A model generated the notes under the pieces. It saw only the letters and a program-made list of their open reading frames with translations, was not told where the DNA came from and searched no databases. The position numbers were made by a program, and so were the translations under genes. From contig OZ242383.1 in NCBI GenBank assembly GCA_965209155.1, positions 3,712,001 through 3,776,000 on the forward strand: a DNA stretch of 64,000 bases. The letters run 5' to 3'. The DNA is from a bacterium (GTDB lineage Bacteria; SAR324; NAC60-12). Position 1 is the first letter of the stretch. Every line of letters begins with the position of its first letter. Shown one piece after another: positions 1-7,523 of the stretch.

Positions 1-1298
1 TGAGTGATTACAAAATAGCAGATATCTCCCTGGCAAATTGGGGCCGTAAAGAAATTGCGATTGCGGAAAATGAGATGCCGGGTTTGATGGAACTGCGCAA
101 GGAATACGGACCATCCAAGCCGTTGGCAGGAGCGCGAATCACGGGATCTTTGCATATGACGATTCAAACTGCTGTTTTGATTGAGACACTGCTTGCCTTG
201 GGAGCCGAGGTCCGCTGGTCATCCTGTAATATTTTTTCCACGCAAGACCACGCTGCCGCCGCAATGGCAGTGCGGGGCATTCCGGTTTTCGCCTGGAAAG
301 GGGAAACGGAGGAAGAATATTGGTGGTGCATTGAGCAAACATTGCAATGGTCTCATGGGAAAGGCCCCAACTTGCTCCTGGATGATGGTGGAGACCTGAC
401 CGGAGTGGTCCATGATCAATTTCCGGATCTGTTACCCGATATCCGTGGACTGTCAGAAGAAACCACCACGGGAGTGCGCCGCCTATACCAGATGGCGCAG
501 CGTAATGAATTGAAAATGCCTGCCTTCAACGTCAATGATTCGGTCACAAAAAGTAAGTTTGACAACTTGTATGGTTGCCGGGAATCTCTCATCGATGGGA
601 TCCGAAGGGCAACGGATGTGATGATATCGGGAAAAATTGCGGTCGTTGCCGGTTACGGAGACGTGGGTAAAGGTTGCGCCCAATCCTTGAGAGGAGCCGG
701 AGCCAGGGTGCTTGTGACAGAAATCGATCCCATTTGCGCATTGCAAGCAGCCATGGAAGGATTTGAAGTCGTACGCATGTCGGATGCTGCTGCCATTGGA
801 GATATTTTTGTCACCGCAACCGGCTGTGCGCAAGTGATACGTCGAGAACACCTGGATGCGATGAAACATCAAGCCATTGTCTGCAATATTGGACATTTTG
901 ACGTCGAAATTACTGTGGATGCTTTGACTACTGACTCGAATTTAATTAAAAAGGAAAACATCAAACCTCAAGTGGACCAGTTTATTTGGCCCGACGGTAA
1001 GCGAATTACGCTTCTGGCAGAAGGAAGACTCGTCAATCTGGGTTGCGCCACCGGACATCCCAGCTTTGTGATGTCAGCCAGTTTCACCAATCAGGTGATG
1101 GCGCAAATCGAACTTTGGCGAAATCATGCCAAGTATGATAACCGGGTTTATGTGCTTCCAAAAATCCTGGACGAAAAAGTCGCTCGCTTGCATTTGGCGA
1201 AGCTCGGCGTAAAACTGGAGACCTTGACCGACGAACAAGCAAATTACCTGGAAGTCACCAAGGGAGGGCCCTACAAACCGGATTATTATCGATATTGA
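1..1298 (+). CDS. ahcY: Adenosylhomocysteinase (SAH hydrolase); start codon apparently cut by the window edge
   Basis: Frame is open upstream of 75 ([28 protein letters not shown]). Motifs [63 protein letters not shown]. Confidence 0.98.
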   Translation, partial: SDYKIADISLANWGRKEIAIAENEMPGLMELRKEYGPSKPLAGARITGSLHMTIQTAVLIETLLALGAEVRWSSCNIFSTQDHAAAAMAVRGIPVFAWKGETEEEYWWCIEQTLQWSHGKGPNLLLDDGGDLTGVVHDQFPDLLPDIRGLSEETTTGVRRLYQMAQRNELKMPAFNVNDSVTKSKFDNLYGCRESLIDGIRRATDVMISGKIAVVAGYGDVGKGCAQSLRGAGARVLVTEIDPICALQAAMEGFEVVRMSDAAAIGDIFVTATGCAQVIRREHLDAMKHQAIVCNIGHFDVEITVDALTTDSNLIKKENIKPQVDQFIWPDGKRITLLAEGRLVNLGCATGHPSFVMSASFTNQVMAQIELWRNHAKYDNRVYVLPKILDEKVARLHLAKLGVKLETLTDEQANYLEVTKGGPYKPDYYRY

Positions 1299-1321
1299 AA
1301 GGGCGATTGTAAAAGTCATCA

Positions 1322-1366
1322 CCACCGGCAGAGCCGGTGGCTTGAAGAGGCCCCCAGGATGGGGGC
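1322..1366. repeat. Left outer hairpin pair (IS200/IS605-end-like)
   Basis: ccaccggc-aga-gccggtgg (1322-1340) and gccccc-aggat-gggggc (1350-1366). Confidence 0.7.
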
Positions 1367-1409
1367 AAAACGTGTTCGTCATCGTAAGACGTGCTCGTGC
1401 TCGTGAACG
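1367..1409. repeat. Left arm of hexamer-periodic inverted repeat flanking the four-helix-bundle gene
   Basis: cgtgctcgtgctcgtgaacg (1390-1409) is the exact reverse complement of 1771-1790. CGT recurs every 6 nt back to 1371. Confidence 0.9.
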
Positions 1410-1421
1410 AAAAAGGCTGCC

Positions 1422-1769
1422 ATGTTAGATCATGAAAAACTCGATGTATACCAATGTTCCATCGAATTTTTAGCGTTTTCTGTCCAAGTCATCGAAACAT
1501 TGCCAAAAGGATACTCAGCCTTAGTTGACCAACTGAAAAGGGCCTCATGGTCGATTCCTCTCAATATCGCAGAAGGCTGTGGAAAAAGTTCCCTTCCTGA
1601 CAAGCAACGATTCTATGCGTTTGCCCGAGGTTCCGCAATGGAATGCGCTGCTATTCTCGATGTTTTAAACGTGTTGAAGATCATCCAGCCTCCTTTATTT
1701 GACGAAGGGAAACAGTTACTTCATCGCATTGTTTCTATGTTAACCAATATGTGCCGTCGAATTCACTGA
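1422..1769 (+). CDS. Four-helix-bundle protein (23S rRNA IVP / Avd-like family)
   Basis: 115 aa with HEKLDVYQ, LVDQLKRASWSIPLNIAEGCG and FYAFARGSAMECAAILD, the family signature. Confidence 0.92.
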   Translation: MLDHEKLDVYQCSIEFLAFSVQVIETLPKGYSALVDQLKRASWSIPLNIAEGCGKSSLPDKQRFYAFARGSAMECAAILDVLNVLKIIQPPLFDEGKQLLHRIVSMLTNMCRRIH

Positions 1770-1770
1770 C

Positions 1771-1813
1771 CGTTCACGAGCACGAGCACGGCTAACGGAC
1801 ACGGATACGTTTC
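1771..1813. repeat. Right arm of hexamer-periodic inverted repeat
   Basis: cgttcacgagcacgagcacg followed by gctaacggacacggatacgtttc; ACG recurs every 6 nt. Confidence 0.9.
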
Positions 1814-1845
1814 TCATGTCTGACCGGCAAAGCCTATTAGGTTCG

Positions 1846-1865
1846 CACCAGCAGAGCTGGTGGTT
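1846..1865. repeat. Right outer hairpin (direct, covarying copy of 1323-1340)
   Basis: caccagc-aga-gctggtg versus left caccggc-aga-gccggtg: one G-C pair is replaced by A-T. Confidence 0.7.
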
Positions 1866-1888
1866 TAATGAGATTAATTATTTAGATT

Positions 1889-2470
1889 ATGGTTCCAAAA
1901 GATTTGAAGAAACACACTATTCGACAAGCAATGTTGCAACGGCGGGACCGATTTCCTGCTCATGAATGGAAACAATGCTCTCAACAGATTTATACTCATC
2001 TGTGGCAATGGTCGGTTTTTCGAAATGCGAGAGTTGTTCATATTTATGTCAACATGCGCCGGGAAGTGGAAACAAAGTCAATAATCCAGCACTGTTGGCA
2101 CACTGGAAAAACAGTCGTCGTACCTTATCTCGTGCCTCAATCTTCCGAGCTGGGGTATTCGATTTTAAGTGAATTTGATCAACTATTTACGGGCACCTTC
2201 GACTTGCGGGAACCTCTCCCCGAAACTCGGGAACCGGTCGATTTGGAAAGCATCGATCTGGTGATCGTCCCTGGTGTGGTATTTGATAGAAAGGGAGGTA
2301 GGCTGGGACATGGGAGAGGGTATTATGACAGATTTTTATCCGGATTCGTTGCCTTCTTGTTGGGGATTTGTTTTTCCTTTCAGGTCATACGCGAGCTCCC
2401 GCAAAGCAGTCATGACGTTCCCATGCATGAAATATTGACCGAGGAGGGATTTGTTTTCGACTCCGGCTAA
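1889..2470 (+). CDS. ygfA: 5-formyltetrahydrofolate cyclo-ligase
   Basis: EVET motif, IDLVIVPGVVFDRKGGRLGHGRGYYDRFL, HDVPM. Confidence 0.95.
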   Translation: MVPKDLKKHTIRQAMLQRRDRFPAHEWKQCSQQIYTHLWQWSVFRNARVVHIYVNMRREVETKSIIQHCWHTGKTVVVPYLVPQSSELGYSILSEFDQLFTGTFDLREPLPETREPVDLESIDLVIVPGVVFDRKGGRLGHGRGYYDRFLSGFVAFLLGICFSFQVIRELPQSSHDVPMHEILTEEGFVFDSG

Positions 2471-3498
2471 AGGGCCACGATTTTGTTTTCCACTTGCCGG
2501 AGCAAATTGAGATTATCTTCCAATTCATTGGCAATCATATCATTCAACCCCAAATCGACGCATTGCTGCGCTTGTTTGATAGCGATGCGAATGGTTTTGG
2601 CCTCGGAATTACCATGACAAATGATAACGGTTCCTCGAATTCCCAATAATGGCGCACCACCCCATCTTTTATAATCCGTCCGCTCCATCAATGCCCGAAA
2701 AGAATTCTTCATACCAGGAATGCTCAATTTTGCCAAAAAAGATCTGGATACCTCCTCCCGCAGGACTGCTTGAATGAAATCTGCTGTTCCCTCTGCCACC
2801 TTGAGGGTGATGTTTCCTATAAATCCGTCGCACACGATCACATCCACATTCCCTAGAAACATGTCTTTGCCTTCTATATTGCCTCGGAAATTGAGCGTAC
2901 TTTCCTTGAGCAAAGTGTAAGCTTCTTTGACTAAGAAGTTCCCTTTCCCTTCTTCTTCTCCGTTGTTCAAAAGGGCAATTTTGGGAAATTGATGATTAAA
3001 GAGTAACCTTGCGTATGCATCACCCATCAGGGCAAATTGGAGTAAATACTCTGGTTTACAGTCCGTGTTGGCACCCAAGTCCAGGATAACAAAAGGATTT
3101 TTCATAGAAGGCATGACCACTGCGATGGCAGGACGGTCAATGTGCTTGATGGCTTTCAAGACAAATTTTGCAGTAGCCATGGTGACTCCCGAATGGCCTG
3201 CTGAAACCACGGCATCCACTTCTTTATTTTTATGCAGATCCAAAGCGACCCGTATCGAGGAATCCTTTTTCTGTCGAAATACTTGAGCAGGAGACTCTTC
3301 GTTTTCCACAGTTTGCGAACAATTCACAATATGAAGTTTGCGATGGTCGTAGTGGTGTTTTTTCAGTTCTGCTTCCAATTCCGGTTGTTTGCCAACCAGG
3401 ATCACTTCTATGCCGTATTCATTGATTGCAGCCACGGCTCCCGCAATTGGAACGGCAGATGTGTAGTCACTTCCCATCGCATCGATCGCAATTGCCAT
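2467..3498 (-). CDS. plsX: Phosphate acyltransferase PlsX
   Basis: IAIDAMGSD, VSAGHSG, VIVCDGFIGNITLK, GGAPLLG; lies downstream of rpmF. Confidence 0.96.
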   Translation of the reverse strand: MAIAIDAMGSDYTSAVPIAGAVAAINEYGIEVILVGKQPELEAELKKHHYDHRKLHIVNCSQTVENEESPAQVFRQKKDSSIRVALDLHKNKEVDAVVSAGHSGVTMATAKFVLKAIKHIDRPAIAVVMPSMKNPFVILDLGANTDCKPEYLLQFALMGDAYARLLFNHQFPKIALLNNGEEEGKGNFLVKEAYTLLKESTLNFRGNIEGKDMFLGNVDVIVCDGFIGNITLKVAEGTADFIQAVLREEVSRSFLAKLSIPGMKNSFRALMERTDYKRWGGAPLLGIRGTVIICHGNSEAKTIRIAIKQAQQCVDLGLNDMIANELEDNLNLLRQVENKIVAL

Positions 3499-3542
3499 GA
3501 ATCTCCTTATTCGGCTCCTTGAAAAAAGTAGCTTTTCAAAAA

Positions 3543-3725
3543 CTAATTACTATCGATATCTAAAACAGCGATTCCTTTATAATAACCGCAATGTGGACAA
3601 ACCCGGTGGGGAAGGATCAGTGCGCGACAATTGGTGCAAACGCTCAATCCTGGTTCAGGCAATTTGATATGCGCCCTTCTTGAATTTCGCTTCCATTTTG
3701 ACGTTCTACGCTGAGGTACGGCCAT
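3543..3725 (-). CDS. rpmF: 50S ribosomal protein L32
   Basis: MAVPQRRTSK...CTNC...PHRVCPHCGYYKG; start taken at MAVP. Confidence 0.96.
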   Translation of the reverse strand: MAVPQRRTSKWKRNSRRAHIKLPEPGLSVCTNCRALILPHRVCPHCGYYKGIAVLDIDSN

Positions 3726-3804
3726 GATACGCTCCAAAAAATTTGGAAATTTTTAAAAATTACTTCTCTTGCCGGCCCCATACCAGAGGAATCGGCTTTC
3801 TATG

Positions 3805-4329
3805 TTATTGAACTAAGCAAGAAAAAGGATGATCGCTATTCTCTGGTGGTGGACAAACACATGGATGATTGTTGAGATTATTGCCGCATTGGGCACAGAT
3901 TCCCTGACAATTCTCCGAACAAATCCTTTTCATTGGCAGTCCCAATAAAATCTGTTCTTCCACGATTTTTTGTAAATCCACATATTCACCTTGATAAATC
4001 CCCATTTCCAATTCCTCATCGGATAACATCATGTCCCCCTTCAACTCTTTTTCGGATTCTGCAGGAAACAAAGTCATCTCAAAAGGTTCTTTTTGAAAAA
4101 ATCGAAAGGGTTCCACACAGCGATCGCAACTCAAGATTAATTCTCCTTCGACTTCTCCCGTGACAAAAAAATATTGGCCGCGACGCGACAATTGGAGTCG
4201 ATACCGTACTCCGTGGGGTTGTTTCCCAATTGCAATGAGAAGTTCATCCATCATCTCAAATGGAATCATTCCATGAAATTGATGAGATTCCCCTTCGCCA
4301 ATATTTCGAATGCATACTTGCAAATCCAT
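3805..4329 (-). CDS. yceD: YceD/DUF177 family protein
   Basis: CDRC and LPMKRICSENCQGICAQCG motifs; conserved position upstream of rpmF. Confidence 0.9.
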   Translation of the reverse strand: MDLQVCIRNIGEGESHQFHGMIPFEMMDELLIAIGKQPHGVRYRLQLSRRGQYFFVTGEVEGELILSCDRCVEPFRFFQKEPFEMTLFPAESEKELKGDMMLSDEELEMGIYQGEYVDLQKIVEEQILLGLPMKRICSENCQGICAQCGNNLNNHPCVCPPPENSDHPFSCLVQ

Positions 4330-4395
4330 AAGCTTCTTTCAGTCTTTGTTCCAAGCAATGGAAGATTGCCCTCGTTGCTGAAGGAGATTGCTTGT

Positions 4396-4701
4396 TCAGT
4401 AACCCAATTCCGCTCGTCTATCATCTGCAGTGGGGAGAGGATCTTTCTTTTCCGTGATTACCGGGTATTTTTCACACATTTCCGCGTTGAGTTCCGTCCA
4501 TTCTTCCCATTTTTCGGGGACATCCACGTCTGCAAAAATGGCTTCTACGGGACATTCTTCTACACAGGCATTGCAGTCGATACAAGTTTCCGGATTGATA
4601 TAAAGCATTGTAGGTCCTTCATGGAAGGCTTCTACAGGACATACTTCTACACAGTCCGTATATTTGCAGTTGTTACAGTTATCAACGACAGTGTAAGTCA
4701 T
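4396..4701 (-). CDS. fdxA: 7Fe-type ferredoxin (FdxA-like)
   Basis: CNNCKYTDCVEVCPV...INPETCIDCNACVEECPVEAI. Confidence 0.9.
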   Translation of the reverse strand: MTYTVVDNCNNCKYTDCVEVCPVEAFHEGPTMLYINPETCIDCNACVEECPVEAIFADVDVPEKWEEWTELNAEMCEKYPVITEKKDPLPTADDRRAELGY

Positions 4702-4907
4702 GCTCGGCTCTCAACAGAAAAAAAATAAATTTCAATGGATTGAATGTTCATTGATGAACGATCAATGGTATGCCACACGGAGTATATCGTCGCTTTCGAT
4801 TGTGGTAAATAACGGTAATATAGGGCAACTTCGTTAAAGATGCAATGTTAATTACAGGGATACAAATCGGGGATAGGATACAAAACCAGCGAATCATGTA
4901 CCGGTTT

Positions 4908-4982
4908 TGGCTGGGGTGGCAGGGATCGAACCTGCGTATGACGGGATCAAAACCCGCTGCCTTACCGCTTGGCGACACCCCA
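4908..4982 (-). tRNA. tRNA-Gln(TTG)
   Basis: Reverse complement TGGGGTGTCGCCAAGCGGTAAGGCAGCGGGTTTTGATCCCGTCATACGCAGGTTCGATCCCTGCCACCCCAGCCA folds as a cloverleaf, with anticodon TTG and encoded CCA. Confidence 0.97.
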
Positions 4983-5126
4983 AATTTTCAAGTAATCTTA
5001 GTAGAATTTCTGAATGCAGTCAAGTTAAATGTCTCATAAAAGGTCTGAATCCTCCGTCTTGCAGACGGATAGAGAGCTTCAGTCAAAATGAGAATCGCCT
5101 TGAGATTTCCCAAGAAATCGAGTGGC

Positions 5127-5272
5127 CGCCAGTCACACGCCGGTAAAAATCTCGGATCTCGTGAACGGAAGCCCGCAATCGGAGCGGTGGTTGAATTTCA
5201 AAGCTTTTCGAAACAACCGGGAAAACCACTCCGACACCACTCTGGGGGACATGGTACCATACCTGACTGGCG
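5127..5272 (-). ncRNA. Candidate structured RNA (long interrupted hairpin), family unknown
   Basis: Outer stem cgccagtca/tgactggcg; inner stems 5179-5188/5225-5234 and 5189-5193/5214-5218. Mismatches become G-U pairs on the minus strand. Confidence 0.35.
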
Positions 5273-5324
5273 AGCGGGAGTAGCTAAAAATGCGGATATC
5301 GTAGAGACTCCCTTGATACGCTTA

Positions 5325-6290
5325 CTATTTGAAAGGTGAGATCAATCGGGACAGGAGACCTCGTTTTCGTTTCACGGTTGTGCCATAACTTCCCTGTCCG
5401 CCTCGCAGCCGGGGATCGAGCAGGTCCCTGAGGGCGTCACCGAACATGTTGAGGGAGTAGACGGTAATCGTCAGGCAAAGCCCCGGCCAGAACGCCAGCC
5501 AGGGCGCTTGCTCCATGTACTTCCGCCCTTCCCGGCTGAGCAGACTCCCCCAACTGGGAATCTCGACGGGCAGCCCGTATCCGAGAAAGCTCAGCGAGGC
5601 CTCGGCAATGATGACACCACCAATGTTGATTGAGAAGACGATGAGGATCGGCGCCATAATATTGGGCAGGACATGGCGGACCAGGATTTGGGTCGTGGAG
5701 GTGCCCACGGCCCGGGCTGCCAGAAAATAGTCATTCTCTTTGACTCCAATCACCGCCCCTCGGACGACGCGGGAGCCCCCAATGCCTCCAGTGATGCCCA
5801 GCACCACGATGATCTGGAGGAGCCCCTCTCCCACAAGCGACATGATGGTCAACAAGAGCAGCAGTCCCGGGAAGGCCATCCAGGCATCGACAAAGCGCTG
5901 CACCGCCAAGTCCACTTTCCCTCCCAGGAATCCGGAAGTGACGCCGATCAGGACTGCGACGAGCACATTGAGCGTGGTCGCGGCCAGACCGACCAGCATG
6001 GAAACCCGAGCCCCGAAGATCAGACGGCTCAACAAGTCTCGCCCGATATGGTCTGTCCCCAGCAGATACTGGACGGATGAGCCCGTCATCCGGTCTCTCA
6101 GGTGCATTTCATCAAAGGGATAAGGCGCCAGCGCATCGGCAAAGAGCGCCACCAGAATCAAGAGCAAGACGATCACACCGCAGGCCGTCCCCAGGGGCTG
6201 CTCCTTGAGCAGCCTGAACAGGAAATCCGCCAGCCGTCCCCGTCGCTTGGGCTCAATAATTTCGATTGGTATCTCTGTTGTATCCTTCAT
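5325..6290 (-). CDS. ABC transporter permease, DppC/OppC family
   Basis: LGTDHIGRDLLSRLIFGARVS, RHVLPN, EASLSFLG, GDALRDLLDPR. Confidence 0.95.
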   Translation of the reverse strand: MKDTTEIPIEIIEPKRRGRLADFLFRLLKEQPLGTACGVIVLLLILVALFADALAPYPFDEMHLRDRMTGSSVQYLLGTDHIGRDLLSRLIFGARVSMLVGLAATTLNVLVAVLIGVTSGFLGGKVDLAVQRFVDAWMAFPGLLLLLTIMSLVGEGLLQIIVVLGITGGIGGSRVVRGAVIGVKENDYFLAARAVGTSTTQILVRHVLPNIMAPILIVFSINIGGVIIAEASLSFLGYGLPVEIPSWGSLLSREGRKYMEQAPWLAFWPGLCLTITVYSLNMFGDALRDLLDPRLRGGQGSYGTTVKRKRGLLSRLISPFK

Positions 6291-6350
6291 GTTATAAGTC
6301 TCTTCCCTCTATGGTAGCTTCAGAGGTTTTAATGGACGGACAGAGTTTTT

Positions 6351-6469
6351 ACCCACCACCCTCCTCCGGAGATACCCCTCCAAGGAGGGGGATTCTCGAA
6401 TCCTTCTTTAAGTAGAAAGAGAGACAATCCCCTCTTGGGCGGGGTGGACGCGAAGCGGTCGGGGTGGGT
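6351..6469. repeat. ~120-bp imperfect inverted repeat (MITE/REP-like) between the permease genes
   Basis: acccacc...acccctccaaggagggggatt pairs with aatcccctcttgggcggggt...ggtgggt. Confidence 0.65.
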
Positions 6470-7429
6470 CTATTCATACCTAACTCTCGGGTCCAAGTAA
6501 GCATAAATCAGGTCGATCATGAGATTGATTCCCACCACTGTAGTGGCGAAGAGCAGGTTGATTCCGGAGACCAGTGGGTAGTCTCGGGTTTCGAGGGCAT
6601 CCAGCATGAGCCTTCCTAACCCTGGCAGGTTGAAAATGTTCTCCATGATCACGGCGCCGCCGATCAGGATCGGCAACTGCAGACCGATCAGGGACACCAC
6701 TGGGATGAGGGCATTTTTGATGGCGTGCCGGATCACCACGATCCGCTCCTTGAGCCCCTTGGACCAGGCGGTGCGGATATAGTCCTGCCGCAGCACCTCG
6801 AGCATCATGGTACGTGTCATCCGCATGGTGGCGGCCGCTGAGGCCGTCCCCAGAATCAGGCTGGGAATGAGGAGCATCCCCAGATTGCCCAGCGGGTCTT
6901 CGGAGAAAGGAATCAGTTGCATCGGGGGCGACCAGGACCACCAGAGGGCCGGGTAAATCATGACCATCAGTGCCAGCCAGAAGTTCGGTGTGGCCAGGCC
7001 GATGATGGCGAAGGAGCGCCCCAGGTAGTCGGCGGCCGTATTCTGACGAATCGCCGAGTAGATGCCCACCGGCAGCGCGATCAGGAATCCAACGACGAGG
7101 GCCAGAACGCCCAGCTCCAGGGTGACGGGCAGTCTGGCTAGGATCTGTTCTTCGATGGTGAAACCACCGAGCAATGAGTCACCCAGGGTACCGTGCAGCA
7201 AAATACCCCCCACCCAGCGGCCATACTGCACGTGGACCGGCACGTCCAGTCCGAGCTTACGCTCGAGCGCTTCACGGTCTATATCGCCGGCACCCATGTA
7301 CGCCAAATCTCCAATCATGACGTCGATGATATCGCCGGGGATGAAGCGGACCGAGAGAAAGACAAGAATCGTAACGATGAACAGCGTGGGGATCATGAGC
7401 AGTATCCTCCTGGTGATATACGCGCTCAT
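6470..7429 (-). CDS. ABC transporter permease, DppB/OppB family
   Basis: MSAYITRRILLMIPTL, RLPVTLEL, QDYIRTAWSKGL, IDLIYAYLDPRVRY; start taken at MSAY. Confidence 0.95.
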   Translation of the reverse strand: MSAYITRRILLMIPTLFIVTILVFLSVRFIPGDIIDVMIGDLAYMGAGDIDREALERKLGLDVPVHVQYGRWVGGILLHGTLGDSLLGGFTIEEQILARLPVTLELGVLALVVGFLIALPVGIYSAIRQNTAADYLGRSFAIIGLATPNFWLALMVMIYPALWWSWSPPMQLIPFSEDPLGNLGMLLIPSLILGTASAAATMRMTRTMMLEVLRQDYIRTAWSKGLKERIVVIRHAIKNALIPVVSLIGLQLPILIGGAVIMENIFNLPGLGRLMLDALETRDYPLVSGINLLFATTVVGINLMIDLIYAYLDPRVRYE

Positions 7430-7523
7430 TCCCCACACCTCATCGTTGTTCGGTTTAGATGGGACGACGGCCTTCCGCCACCATCCCACCATTCAATATC
7501 CTGTTACTGCGTCTGAGCAGGTA

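Noticed and set aside
1371..1409. CRISPR array
   Set aside because: The periodicity is 6 nt with no spacers, and there are no cas genes in the window.
1422..1769. Diversity-generating retroelement, suggested by the Avd-like fold
   Set aside because: No reverse transcriptase and no TR/VR repeat pair with adenine-specific mismatches was seen in the window.
1299..1888. 23S rRNA intervening sequence, or 6S RNA in its usual place upstream of ygfA
   Set aside because: The flanks are protein-coding genes with no rRNA sequence, and the 119 bp before ygfA is taken up by the repeat arm and hairpin.
4908..4982. tRNA-Gln (or tRNA-Ser at 31994) as an island attachment site
   Set aside because: No duplicated tRNA 3' end or integrase was seen.
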